DNA from: an uncultured Acidiferrobacteraceae bacterium
Lineage (GTDB): Bacteria > Pseudomonadota > Gammaproteobacteria > Arenicellales > UBA868
DNA length: 64,000 nucleotides
Assembly: GCA_964484965.1 (NCBI GenBank)
Contig: CAZAHE010000004.1
Span: forward strand, 829-64,828
Direction: 5' to 3'
Shown: positions 37,072 to 46,854 of the stretch, piece by piece
Layout: every line of letters begins with the position of its first letter
Position numbering within the stretch: position 1 is the stretch's first letter
The notes under the pieces: model-generated
Databases searched by the model: none
The model's input: the letters and a program-made list of their open reading frames with translations, nothing else
Told to the model about the DNA's origin: nothing
Made by a program: the position numbers and the translations under genes

Positions 37072-37800
37072 ATGATTGACGTTTATACCTGGCCGACGCC
37101 CAATGGCCACAAAGTCCACATCATGCTGCACGAGACGGAACTCGCGCATACCATTTACCCGATCAACATCCAGGCAGGCGATCAGTTTAAACCAGAATTC
37201 CTAAAGATCAGCCCGAACAACAAGATGCCGGCAATCGTAGATCAATCAGGTCCTGACGGTGATCCAGTATCAGTCTTTGAGTCTGCCGCAATACTGCTTT
37301 ATCTTGCCGAAAAGACAGGACGCTACATGCCAGAAGACGCACGTGCAAAGATCGATGTGTGGCAGTGGCTGATGTTCCAGATGGGAACGGTAGGCCCAAT
37401 GCTGGGACAATCACACCATTTCAATGCCTACGCGCCAGAGCGCGTTGAACGCGAAAAGATTCAATACGGTATTGATCGCTATGTCAACGAAAGCCAGCGC
37501 GTGTACGGGGTAATGAATCGTCGGCTTGAAGGGTCCGATTGGATCGCGGCGAATCAATACACGATCGCTGACATGGCGATCATGCCGTGGGTGCGAAACC
37601 CCGATAAACAAGGTGTGGACATTGGTCGGTACCCAAATGTCGAACGTTGGCGTGACCGAATTTGGCAGCGTCCGCAGGTATTGGCAGCACTTGAAACGTT
37701 GGCCGATCAATCGAGACAATCCGCTGGGCACTCAGACAAAGCTTGGGAAATTCTCTACGGCAAAACGCAGTCAGAACAGGGTGCCGGTTCGAACAACTGA
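37072..37800 (+). CDS. Nu-class glutathione S-transferase (YfcG/YghU-like)
   Basis: MIDVYTWPTPNGHKV and FLKISPNNKMPAIVD motifs. ATG 37072 is chosen; the 31-codon upstream extension overlaps the helicase start. Confidence 0.85.
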   Translation: MIDVYTWPTPNGHKVHIMLHETELAHTIYPINIQAGDQFKPEFLKISPNNKMPAIVDQSGPDGDPVSVFESAAILLYLAEKTGRYMPEDARAKIDVWQWLMFQMGTVGPMLGQSHHFNAYAPERVEREKIQYGIDRYVNESQRVYGVMNRRLEGSDWIAANQYTIADMAIMPWVRNPDKQGVDIGRYPNVERWRDRIWQRPQVLAALETLADQSRQSAGHSDKAWEILYGKTQSEQGAGSNN

Positions 37801-37811
37801 TGTTGTTTGTT

Positions 37812-38402
37812 TCAAATATCGACTTCGATACGCTCGATTAGTGCAGCCGGGTGAGTGGCCCACAGGTCTATCTGGTTGTTGTTTTGGTGAAAAGCATTGA
37901 GGCAGTCCGTACTAAAGCAGTTTGACAGCGTGCCTTTTATCGCCATGTGGACCCCGCCATGGGCAACGATGAGGACGGGTCCCGAGTTATCGTCGATCGC
38001 ATCGAGTAACGGTCTCACCCGTTTGCCTACATCGAAAATACTCTCGCCGTTCGGCGCAGCCACGCGGTGTCGATTGTGTCGCCATTGGTCATAGTCAGGT
38101 CCGATTTCTTGCCGAAGTTCCGACTCGAAGCGGCCCTCGTAGTCTCCAAGATTGATCTCCAGTAGTGCTTCGTTTGTTTCTATCGTCTCTGCTAATTCGC
38201 CCATGATGATCCTGCTTGTTTCGCGAGCACGTTTTAACGGAGACGAAAGCACGCGGCTGAAGACGAGATGACGCCGGGCGAACTCGCGCTGCATCGCTTG
38301 GGCCTGGCAATAACCGGTTTTATTGAGTGGTGTGTCGGTCCGCGATTGCCAGCGACGTGCGAGGTTCCAGTCGGTCTGGCCATGACGTACGAGGTAAAGC
38401 AT
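37812..38402 (-). CDS. Histidine phosphatase (phosphoglycerate-mutase-like) family protein
   Basis: YLVRHGQTDWN catalytic RHG motif; a later VAHGG. Confidence 0.85.
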   Translation of the reverse strand: MLYLVRHGQTDWNLARRWQSRTDTPLNKTGYCQAQAMQREFARRHLVFSRVLSSPLKRARETSRIIMGELAETIETNEALLEINLGDYEGRFESELRQEIGPDYDQWRHNRHRVAAPNGESIFDVGKRVRPLLDAIDDNSGPVLIVAHGGVHMAIKGTLSNCFSTDCLNAFHQNNNQIDLWATHPAALIERIEVDI

Positions 38403-38498
38403 GCCGCAATGATGCTATAAATAGCCCGCATCGACCAGTGATGAAACGGCCGATTTTCTAGGTATACTGATCAGATCACGGTAGTTTGTGTCACACCA

Positions 38499-40184
38499 AT
38501 GACCGCACACACATTGCGACATAACGGCTCAGCCGACCGCTCATACGATGTAATTATCGTCGGAGCAGGGTTTTCTGGACTCTATATGCTGCATCGTCTG
38601 CGCACCGCGGGTTTTAGGACGAAGATACTTGAACGCGCGCACGATGTGGGCGGCACGTGGTACTGGAACCGTTATCCTGGTGCCCGCTGTGATGTTGAAA
38701 GCATGCAGTATGCCTACAGTTTTTCTCGTGAACTTGAACAGGAGTGGGTGTGGACTGAACAGTATGCTACTCAGCCGGAGATACTTCGTTACGCGAATCA
38801 CGTTGCCGATCGTTTCGATCTGCGCCGGGATATCCAGTTTAATACGGAGGTACTCTGCGCGAGATACGATGAAAAAAATCGGCAATGGAACATTGAGACG
38901 GGCGAAGGCAGACAATTCTCAGCCGGGTTCTGCATTATGGCAACGGGTTGTCTTTCAACCACGAATACGCCACGCTTCGAGGGGTTGGACTCGTTCACTG
39001 GTGCGGTCTACCACACCGGTGACTGGCCTCACAAAGCGGTCGACTTCAGTGGTCAGCGCGTAGGTGTTATCGGTACGGGGTCGTCAGCGATACAGTCAAT
39101 TCCAGTAATCGCACAGCAGGCCGCGCAGTTGTTTGTTTTTCAGCGCACGCCTCACTACACGGTGCCGGCAAGGAACCGCCGTTTGCGAAGTGACCCCAGC
39201 ACGCGGGATTCGGGCCGTAAAGCCTACGGTTTTGATGTCGGGCTTACGATAGAAGAGATCAAAGCAGACTATGCGGGCCTGCGTGCGCGTGCTCGCAAAA
39301 TGTTTGCCGCGTTGGCTTTCATTCCCAACAAAAAATCAGCACTAGAGGTCAGTGAGGGGGAACGTCAGCGCGAGTTTGAGGCCAGGTGGCAGGTCGGCGG
39401 AGTGCCTTTTCAAGGTGCATTCATTGATATCGTGACCAACCGCGAGGCGAATGACAAAGCGGCCGCATTTGTCAGAAACAAGATTCGGCAGACCGTGAAA
39501 GATCCGACCGTTGCGGAGGCGCTGGTGCCTACCTACACGATCGGTTGCAAACGCCTGGCGGTGGATACGGATTATTACGAAACCTACAACCTTGCCAACG
39601 TGACGCTGGTTGATGTGAGTCAATCACCGATCGAACGAATTACGCCAAATGGTGTGCGGGCACATGGCCGCGATTACGAACTTGATGCATTGATCACTGC
39701 AACAGGATTTGATGCGATGACCGGTACATTATTGAATATTGACATCCGCGGTCGCGGTGGACGGGCTCTGCGGGACAAGTGGGTCGATGGACCCAAGAGC
39801 TATCTTGGCCTGGGAATAACGGGGTTCCCTAATCTGTTCACAATCACTGGCCCTGGCAGCCCGTCGGTGCTGACCAATATGATGCAGTCGATCGAGCAGC
39901 ACGTGGAGTGGATTGAAGCGTGTCTTATCTATCTGCGCGAACGCCAAATAAATGAGATTGAAGCGACACCCGATGCGGAAGCTGCTTGGGTGACGCATAA
40001 CAACGAGGTTGCCAATGATCACATTCGCAATTCGTGTAGTTCCTGGTACGTCGGTGGCAACATCAAAGGCAAGCCCCGTGTGTTCATGCCTTATGTCGGT
40101 GGGTTCCCGGTGTATGTGGAAAAATGTGACGCGATTGCAGCCAATGATTACGAGGGTTTTACGCTTGCCGGGGCTGGCACCTAA
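38499..40184 (+). CDS. Type I Baeyer-Villiger (flavin-containing) monooxygenase
   Basis: IIVGAGFSGL (FAD), the BVMO fingerprint FTGAVYHTGDWPH, and GVIGTGSSA (NADPH). Confidence 0.9.
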   Translation: MTAHTLRHNGSADRSYDVIIVGAGFSGLYMLHRLRTAGFRTKILERAHDVGGTWYWNRYPGARCDVESMQYAYSFSRELEQEWVWTEQYATQPEILRYANHVADRFDLRRDIQFNTEVLCARYDEKNRQWNIETGEGRQFSAGFCIMATGCLSTTNTPRFEGLDSFTGAVYHTGDWPHKAVDFSGQRVGVIGTGSSAIQSIPVIAQQAAQLFVFQRTPHYTVPARNRRLRSDPSTRDSGRKAYGFDVGLTIEEIKADYAGLRARARKMFAALAFIPNKKSALEVSEGERQREFEARWQVGGVPFQGAFIDIVTNREANDKAAAFVRNKIRQTVKDPTVAEALVPTYTIGCKRLAVDTDYYETYNLANVTLVDVSQSPIERITPNGVRAHGRDYELDALITATGFDAMTGTLLNIDIRGRGGRALRDKWVDGPKSYLGLGITGFPNLFTITGPGSPSVLTNMMQSIEQHVEWIEACLIYLRERQINEIEATPDAEAAWVTHNNEVANDHIRNSCSSWYVGGNIKGKPRVFMPYVGGFPVYVEKCDAIAANDYEGFTLAGAGT

Positions 40185-40235
40185 TTTCCAGCACAGGACG
40201 TCAGCCTGCGGAAGCGGAAGCCAAAACCCTTCGTT

Positions 40236-40784
40236 ATGTCACGCATCTTGGGTACTGCACTGAGATCGCCCACCGTTGTCATCGTCATGGGCGTTAGTGG
40301 GTCAGGCAAGACCACGATAGGTACATTGCTTGCTAAGGAGTTGAACTGCTCATTCTTGGATGCCGATGACTTTCACCCGCAAGCCAACGTTGCAAAAATG
40401 GTTGCCGGCTCGCCGCTGACGGATGAAGACCGTTGGCCATGGCTGAATATTCTGGCTGACAAGATTCGAGCGCACATTGCGCAGCAACAATCGCTGATAT
40501 TGGCCTGTTCGGCGCTCAAGAAGTGTTATCGACAGGCGCTGTGCCTGGACGACAAGCACGTTCAGTTTGTCTATCTTAAAGGTGACTACAACACCATTTG
40601 CGAACGTCTGCGCTCGCGCGAAAGTCACTTTATGGACGCGTCCTTGCTAGATAGCCAGTTTGCTGCCTTGGAGGAGCCTATTAATGCCATCGTGGTGGAT
40701 ATACGGACCGACCCTACGGCAATTTCTGAGCTGCTGAGAGAGGCGCTCGTCAAGCGTAGTAATGATGCTCGCTTAAGCGTGTGA
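40236..40784 (+). CDS. gntK: Gluconokinase
   Basis: VMGVSGSGKTT, FLDADDFHP and PLTDEDRWPWL motifs, colinear with my recollection of E. coli GntK. Confidence 0.75.
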   Translation: MSRILGTALRSPTVVIVMGVSGSGKTTIGTLLAKELNCSFLDADDFHPQANVAKMVAGSPLTDEDRWPWLNILADKIRAHIAQQQSLILACSALKKCYRQALCLDDKHVQFVYLKGDYNTICERLRSRESHFMDASLLDSQFAALEEPINAIVVDIRTDPTAISELLREALVKRSNDARLSV

Positions 40785-40883
40785 TCGATTCTTAACGGTC
40801 GGCTGCTGGGCTATTGTGGTTCGGACAATAGTGAGTCGGCGCGATCGCGTGGTTGGACCAGGTCATCTCGAAATGCGCCAGTC

Positions 40884-41741
40884 TCACTCCGCTAGAAATT
40901 CGATCAACTGGCGGGTCAGTTCAGCGGGTTGTTCTTCGGGAATCCAGTGACCGCATTGTTTAATTTGGCCGCCGTCCACGTGATCGGCAACCTGCTCGAG
41001 GGAGTGCTTTGTTTCCATCCGTCGGCCCCAGCTTTCAGCACCGCCGACGGCCAGCACAGGCATTGCCAGTTTGCCGTCCCTTTCAAGCATGTTGCGGTTG
41101 TCTTCGATGTCCTGGTGTAGTGCGCGGTAATAGTTGAATCCTGCTCGCATGGCGCCGGGCTGCGCATAGGTGCGCGTGTACTCGTCGATGTCCGCATCAG
41201 ACAAGACGTCAGGCCGATGGCCGTAGTTTTTGAAGAACCAGGAGATATATAGCCGCTCGCGGCCCGCCACCAGTGCCTCGGGTAGGTCAGGAGTGCCGTG
41301 GAAGTTGTGGTGCCACCGTCTCCCTCCCTGACTGATGTCCGCAGATCCGTCGCCTGGAATCGCGACGTCTAGAACGCAGAGTTTCTTTATGGCAGCACGG
41401 TGCTGTGCCGCAAGTGAGAATGCGGTGGGCCCTCCCCAGTCGTGCCCTACGACGAAGAACTCGTGGTAACCCAGGTGCTGGTTAACCAGTTGCCACACAT
41501 CGTTGGCGACAGTGCGCTTGTCGTATCCATTTAGTGGCCGGCTGGAATCGCCTAGGCCCCTGAGATCTGGCGCAATGACGTGGTAATGCTGTGCAAGCGC
41601 CGGCATGACGTATCGCCACTCGTACCATGTCTGGGGGAAGCCGTGGAGGAGTACCAATGCTGGGCCATCGCCTAGGGTGACGAAATGCATTTTGCACCCC
41701 GACAGGTCGGCGAATTGATGTGTGAAATCGTAATCGGTCAT
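40884..41741 (-). CDS. Epoxide-hydrolase/haloalkane-dehalogenase-like alpha/beta hydrolase
   Basis: HGXP oxyanion motif LLHGFPQTW and Asp nucleophile elbow VVGHDWGG. Confidence 0.8.
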   Translation of the reverse strand: MTDYDFTHQFADLSGCKMHFVTLGDGPALVLLHGFPQTWYEWRYVMPALAQHYHVIAPDLRGLGDSSRPLNGYDKRTVANDVWQLVNQHLGYHEFFVVGHDWGGPTAFSLAAQHRAAIKKLCVLDVAIPGDGSADISQGGRRWHHNFHGTPDLPEALVAGRERLYISWFFKNYGHRPDVLSDADIDEYTRTYAQPGAMRAGFNYYRALHQDIEDNRNMLERDGKLAMPVLAVGGAESWGRRMETKHSLEQVADHVDGGQIKQCGHWIPEEQPAELTRQLIEFLAE

Positions 41742-41800
41742 GTTGTTTGCAAAGTGGACTATTTTGATCGGAGTAATATACGCACGACTGGCTGCGCTTA

Positions 41801-42943
41801 TCAGGATATCGATTGCAGAAACTCGGTCAGGTGAGTCAGCACGGCAGCCGGTTGTTCCTGTTGTACCCAGTGTCCTGCATCAGTGATCAGATGACAGCCT
41901 CGCAAATCTGTACACGTCTCGCGCTGCATCGTTTCAAGATCGCCGGGTTTCTGGAAGATGCCCCAGTCTTGTCGGCCCGCAATAAAGCAGCTGGGCACGT
42001 CAATATTCTGTCCAGAAAACAGGCGAAGGTCATTCGCGTTGTCCCCTCGGGTGACACAACGGTACCAATTCAAACCCCCTTGGAAGCCGGTGGTTTCATA
42101 GGCTCTGGTGTAGTGGGAGAGCTCGTCTTCAGTCAGCCATGCACAAGCAGCAATGACCTCGGCGCTGGGCATCTCCGGTGCCACCGTTTCGGCCATACCC
42201 TGGCCAAGGTTCATGATGTAGTAATGCGGCAGTTGTGCCAATTGGTCCGCGCACCATGCGCGAAGTTGAAATGGCTGGTTGTATTTCCAGTTCGCGCTCT
42301 TGTAGTGATAGTAAGCTCGAAGAAATGCATGGACCCCCTGGGGGCAGTGCCGCATGTTGTGATTGGCTTGTGGCGTGGAGTAATACCACTGGTAATGTTT
42401 GCGTGGCGGGGTCAACGCTGCCAATGCGGTGTGGATATCTTGTTCCGCGGCCAACGTTCTGGCGCCGCTTCTGTGGTCTGAGTCGCTAGCGTTGTTCGCC
42501 AACACCGGAGCGCCTGTAAACGGTGCACTCATCATGACGACGGAGCGAAAGATATCCGGACGAATCAGCGCACAACAACCGGCGACGGGCGAACCGAAGT
42601 CGTGACCGACGATGCAAGCTGCGCTTTGGTGCCCCAATGCAGACACCAGACCCAGCGTATCACGCACCAGGTTGAGAAACCGGAATGAGGCGAGGTTGCC
42701 CTCGTAACAATGGTCTCCACCATGAGTATCCCCATAGCCGCGTTGGTCCGGCGCCACAACATGGTAGCCAGCGTTTGCCAGGGGTAACAAAATCTTGCGC
42801 CAACTGTAGGCAAGCTCGGGAAACCCGTGTAACAGCACTATCAACGGTCTATTCCTTTCTTCAAACCCCGCTTCGAGCAAATGCATTGACAGGCCGTTGC
42901 TGTTATCGAGATGGCGGGATCGAATGGCGTTGGGCAGTGGCAT
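41801..42943 (-). CDS. Epoxide-hydrolase-like alpha/beta hydrolase with large cap domain
   Basis: LLHGFPELAYSW and IVGHDFGS motifs. ATG 42943 lies three codons inside the TTG-started ORF. Confidence 0.8.
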   Translation of the reverse strand: MPLPNAIRSRHLDNSNGLSMHLLEAGFEERNRPLIVLLHGFPELAYSWRKILLPLANAGYHVVAPDQRGYGDTHGGDHCYEGNLASFRFLNLVRDTLGLVSALGHQSAACIVGHDFGSPVAGCCALIRPDIFRSVVMMSAPFTGAPVLANNASDSDHRSGARTLAAEQDIHTALAALTPPRKHYQWYYSTPQANHNMRHCPQGVHAFLRAYYHYKSANWKYNQPFQLRAWCADQLAQLPHYYIMNLGQGMAETVAPEMPSAEVIAACAWLTEDELSHYTRAYETTGFQGGLNWYRCVTRGDNANDLRLFSGQNIDVPSCFIAGRQDWGIFQKPGDLETMQRETCTDLRGCHLITDAGHWVQQEQPAAVLTHLTEFLQSIS

Positions 42944-43201
42944 AGTGGGCAAGATGCGTTTAGGTAAGTTGCGCCCCGATCAATCACACGAGTGACAGGC
43001 AGGCGTTGAATTGGACTGTGGCTGGAAGACTATCCGAGCATGATTTTCTGGCTGACGGCATCGTTATTATGGTGTATCCGCGGTACTATCCCGATGTGCA
43101 ATTCAAGCAAAGCGGTTAGTTTGCCGGAGTCCGACCTTGTCCGTCGCGCACAGGCTCGCGACTGCCGCAGCTTTGCCCACGTTTGAATGGAGGATCACAC
43201 A

Positions 43202-43960
43202 ATGAATCCTGACATGCTTCAGGCAAGACTGGATATTGCGGCTGCGCACCGTCTAGGCGCACGTTTTCAGTTTAATGAAGGATTTAACGGGGGACATTTC
43301 ACCTTAATGGCGCCCGGATACACCGACCGAATACTGACGATAGCCAATGGTGTGCACTGGGAAGAAGTACGCCCGGACACGATTATTTTGATTGATCTCG
43401 ACGGAAACACCATTGAAGGGCAAGGAAAAGTTGAGCGTTCGGCCTTCCATATTCATTCCTCTTTACATGCACGAAGACCAGACCTTCGCTGTTTTCTTCA
43501 TGCGCATATGCCTTATTCAACTGCGCTTAGCATGCTAAAAGACAACCGCCTAAAACCATATGGTCAGCAGGCGCTGCGATTTCATAGCAAATGTGCTTAC
43601 TACGACCAATACAATGCACTGGCGCATGAACAGGATGAGGGTGGCAGGATGGGGGACGCGCTGGCTGACCGATCGATATTATTTCTCGGGCAGCATGGTG
43701 TTGTTGCGGGGGGCCCGACTGTGGGTCAGGCATTCCATGACCTTTATTATCTCGAACGAGCATGTATGAACCAGGTGATGGCGTTGTGGACAGGACAGGA
43801 ACTTCGCCTCGTACCGGAGGATGAGGCGCACAAGGCAGAAGCACAATATGACGGTCAACGCTCTGAGGCAGAGTTACACTTTGCATCGCTAAAGCGCGTA
43901 CTAGCGGCAGAAGATACTTCGTTTAAGGAACTTGCATCGCCGTTCAATGCAGTGGCATAA
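43202..43960 (+). CDS. Class II aldolase/adducin-family protein
   Basis: FHIHSSLH and FLHAHMPYS metal-binding His motifs. GGAGGA (43189-43194) lies 7 nt before ATG 43202, inside the longer ORF from 43187. Confidence 0.8.
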   Translation: MNPDMLQARLDIAAAHRLGARFQFNEGFNGGHFTLMAPGYTDRILTIANGVHWEEVRPDTIILIDLDGNTIEGQGKVERSAFHIHSSLHARRPDLRCFLHAHMPYSTALSMLKDNRLKPYGQQALRFHSKCAYYDQYNALAHEQDEGGRMGDALADRSILFLGQHGVVAGGPTVGQAFHDLYYLERACMNQVMALWTGQELRLVPEDEAHKAEAQYDGQRSEAELHFASLKRVLAAEDTSFKELASPFNAVA

Positions 43961-43990
43961 AGAAACCCGGTAGTGTCTAGGAGGCGAGCG

Positions 43991-44494
43991 ATGGCGACAA
44001 ACAGCAACAGCGGAGCGCTGGTGGTGGGGCCGGATGAATCACCGAGTTACTGGCAACCGGTACCGGCCAATGGATATGCCGAAGTGCGCGTTTCAACGAA
44101 CCACGAGAACGGCAGCGCATTTTCTTCGGGAATACAGTGCATCGCGCCGGGTGGACACATCCGTGAACACTGGCACGATCACAACGAGGAACTACTTTTT
44201 ATTTACCAGGGAACTGGCTCTGCAGTAGTCGATGGGGTCACCCACCCGATCATCGCGGGTACAACGATCTATCTGCCCCCGGGCACGAAGCATATGTTGA
44301 TCAACGAGGGTGAAGGCGACCTAATGATGATGTGGACGCTGTTGCCGGGTGGGTTGGAAAATTTCTTCGCTGCCATCGGTCGTCCGCGGGCAGCGAATGA
44401 AGCATCTCCAGTCCCCTTTGAGCGGCCCGCCAACGTTGAAGAAATCGAACGCAACACGGTATTTGGCGGATTGCAGCGGGACGATACAGAGTAA
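43991..44494 (+). CDS. Cupin-domain protein
   Basis: HIREHWHDHNEELLFIYQG motif. AGGAGG (43979-43984) lies 6 nt before ATG 43991. Confidence 0.7.
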   Translation: MATNSNSGALVVGPDESPSYWQPVPANGYAEVRVSTNHENGSAFSSGIQCIAPGGHIREHWHDHNEELLFIYQGTGSAVVDGVTHPIIAGTTIYLPPGTKHMLINEGEGDLMMMWTLLPGGLENFFAAIGRPRAANEASPVPFERPANVEEIERNTVFGGLQRDDTE

Positions 44495-44530
44495 ACAAGC
44501 TCTCGGTACGGAGCCACTGTGCGTCTCGTG

Positions 44531-45406
44531 TTAGGCGTCTTTAGGGCCGCGCTGGCGCTCCATCAGGCTTGACCAGTCCCATTGTGCGCCGCCCAATGCT
44601 TCAACGTCCGACAAAAACTGATCGACTAGAGCGGCAACAGGCAGCGCAACGCCGCTGCGGCGTGCCTCGGCCAGGCACAGGCCAATGTCCTTGCGCATCA
44701 GAGCCGTTGAAAACCCAAAGTCGTATTCTGACGTGGCCATTGCCTGCCAGCGGTTTGTCATCTGCCAGGAGCCGGCAGCACCTGAGGACATCACTTTTAC
44801 CACTTGCTCCAAGTCCAGTCCGGCTGTCTTCGCAAAGTGGAGCCCCTCCGCCAGGGCTTGACCGATGCCCACCAGGCATATCTGGTTGGTCATCTTGGTC
44901 AGTTGGCCAGATCCGGCTTTTCCCATGTAACTGATATTGCCGGCATAACACTCGAGTAGCACCCGTACTTCGTCGAGATGGGTTTCAAGACCACCGGCCA
45001 TAATCGCGAGCGTACCCTTCTCGGCGCCATCCACTCCCCCGGACACCGGGGCGTCCAAAAAGCCCAATCCTCTGTCGTCGGCCTTGCTGGCGAGCGCCCT
45101 CGCCATGTGTGCCGACGAGGTGGTGTGATCGACCCAGAGACCACCTGTAGGAAGATTTTCGAGAATCCCATCGGGACCATTAGCAACGGATTCGAGTTCT
45201 GCATCTGCCGGCAGAGAAGTGATGACCACGGCCGCGTCGGCGACCGCCGTGCCGGGCGATTCGGCTGAATGACCATTATGCAGTGCGCACCATTGGTTAA
45301 GCCGATCAGCCACCGGTTCTACCACGGTGATGTCATGTCCCGCGGCGGCCAGGTGTCCCGCCATCGCGCCACCCATGCGGCCCAGACCGATAAATGCAAT
45401 TTTCAT
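44531..45406 (-). CDS. 3-hydroxyisobutyrate-dehydrogenase-family NAD(P)-dependent oxidoreductase
   Basis: IAFIGLGRMGGAMAGHL motif; GAGGAA lies upstream of the ATG. Confidence 0.85.
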   Translation of the reverse strand: MKIAFIGLGRMGGAMAGHLAAAGHDITVVEPVADRLNQWCALHNGHSAESPGTAVADAAVVITSLPADAELESVANGPDGILENLPTGGLWVDHTTSSAHMARALASKADDRGLGFLDAPVSGGVDGAEKGTLAIMAGGLETHLDEVRVLLECYAGNISYMGKAGSGQLTKMTNQICLVGIGQALAEGLHFAKTAGLDLEQVVKVMSSGAAGSWQMTNRWQAMATSEYDFGFSTALMRKDIGLCLAEARRSGVALPVAALVDQFLSDVEALGGAQWDWSSLMERQRGPKDA

Positions 45407-45483
45407 TTTGTTGTTCCTCTAGTGATTGGTGCGCCGGCTCGGCAACCCCGATTGCTCACTGACCGCGTTACAGGCGTTTGCGG

Positions 45484-45966
45484 TCAGCACGTGTGTGTTT
45501 GGTCACGCTCTAGTTCAAGCAAAGCCGTTTTGTAATGAAGGCCACCGGCGTAACCGGTCAGTGCACCGTTCGACCCAATAACACGGTGGCAGGGGATGAC
45601 GATGGCGATAGGGTTGCGCCGATTTGCACCGCCAACCGCACGAACTGCTTTGGGGTTTCCAACAGCGGTAGCGATATCGCGATAACTCCTCGTTTCGCCG
45701 TAGGGGATTTCAAGCAGAGCCTGCCATACGCGCTGCTGAAAAACCGTGCCGTTCGGTGCTAGATCCAGTGAAAACGTGCGGCGTGCGTGGGCGAAGTACT
45801 CTTCGAGTTGTTCGACACACTGGCAAAATCCTGAGGTGGTCGATAACCACTCGCGGCGCGGCCAGTCGGTGGGTCGTTGACGGGGGAGGCTTAGCGAATG
45901 CAACCGTTTACCGTCGCCGGTAATCAGGATGGGGCCGAGTGGGGAGTCCTGGTAGCGATAGTACAT
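45484..45966 (-). CDS. ogt: Methylated-DNA-protein-cysteine methyltransferase
   Basis: Active-site IPCHRVIGSNG. 160 aa, so no Ada N-terminal regulatory domain. Confidence 0.85.
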   Translation of the reverse strand: MYYRYQDSPLGPILITGDGKRLHSLSLPRQRPTDWPRREWLSTTSGFCQCVEQLEEYFAHARRTFSLDLAPNGTVFQQRVWQALLEIPYGETRSYRDIATAVGNPKAVRAVGGANRRNPIAIVIPCHRVIGSNGALTGYAGGLHYKTALLELERDQTHTC

Positions 45967-45971
45967 GCGAT

Positions 45972-46793
45972 TTATTCATCAGTTGGCGTCTCAAGGTACC
46001 ATAACTGAAACGTTAGATAGCTGCCCCATTGATGGATGTCGGACGAATCGATATCCAGTGACAATTGCGTCAGTTTGCGTCGTACGCCGAGGTCTCCGGC
46101 GAGAAAGACGTCAGGTGCCCCTTCTCCACGGATGCGGGCGTAGTCGACGGTCCATGGTCCGATACCTTTCAGCTGTTGCCATTGTTTTGGTACGGCCTCC
46201 GGGTGGGCGAGGCAGAACGATGCGAGCTGCGCGATAGCGGCTTTGCGCCGGGCCGGGAGTCTGATTTCATGTAGCGCTGCATTCGCCAGGATATGCGGTG
46301 TCGGGAACAAGTGAGCGTCGCCGTAGGCCTCGCCGTACTGTGACACCAATACTCGGGTCAGGGCAGTGGCCGCTGCAACACTCACCTGTTGGCCGAGGAT
46401 CGCTCGTACCCCGGCTTCAAAAACCCCCCAGCAGCGCGGGATTCGAATGCCTGGCAAAAATCGATTGCCAAAGGGATAGCTATTTTGCAGGTGCTGGTCG
46501 ATTAGCCTGCTTTCTGCGTTGAGATCCAGTACGCGGCGAATATTGGTGGTGATCAGTGCCAGAGCAGACGGGTCGCAGTTGGCTTCCACCTTAACGATAA
46601 AGGCATGATCGGGTGCATGATGTCGGGCGGTGAAGCACCCAGAGGTCTCGTGTAATCGAAACGTACGCCCGTAACTGTGATCATCCAGCCATTCAATACC
46701 ATGGATCAGCCGTTTCTCTATAAAAGCGCGAAACCGGCCCCAGTCATAGGGTGGTGTGTAGTGAAGGGTGAGTATGTTCGACGCTGGTGGCAT
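45972..46793 (-). CDS. alkA: DNA-3-methyladenine glycosylase II (HhH-GPD family)
   Basis: HhH motif LKGIGPWTVDY and catalytic Asp context FLAGDLGV. Stop lies 5 nt before the ogt start. Confidence 0.75.
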   Translation of the reverse strand: MPPASNILTLHYTPPYDWGRFRAFIEKRLIHGIEWLDDHSYGRTFRLHETSGCFTARHHAPDHAFIVKVEANCDPSALALITTNIRRVLDLNAESRLIDQHLQNSYPFGNRFLPGIRIPRCWGVFEAGVRAILGQQVSVAAATALTRVLVSQYGEAYGDAHLFPTPHILANAALHEIRLPARRKAAIAQLASFCLAHPEAVPKQWQQLKGIGPWTVDYARIRGEGAPDVFLAGDLGVRRKLTQLSLDIDSSDIHQWGSYLTFQLWYLETPTDE

Positions 46794-46854
46794 CTCGCCT
46801 CACCGGCGGCTTCCGGCAATTAGTGTTGTTTAAGAAATCGGACGAGCGATAAAT

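Noticed and set aside
40811-40831. Hairpin CTATTGT-GGTTCGG-ACAATAG between convergent gntK and the hydrolase gene, considered as a bidirectional terminator
   Set aside because: The 7-bp stem is AT-rich and has no flanking T/A tracts, so it is thermodynamically weak. It is not called as a terminator.
41813-42481. 222-aa plus-strand ORF inside the epoxide-hydrolase-like gene
   Set aside because: It is antisense to a gene with clear HGFP/GHDFG motifs. The product is Arg/Ser/Gly/Val-rich with no recognisable domain.
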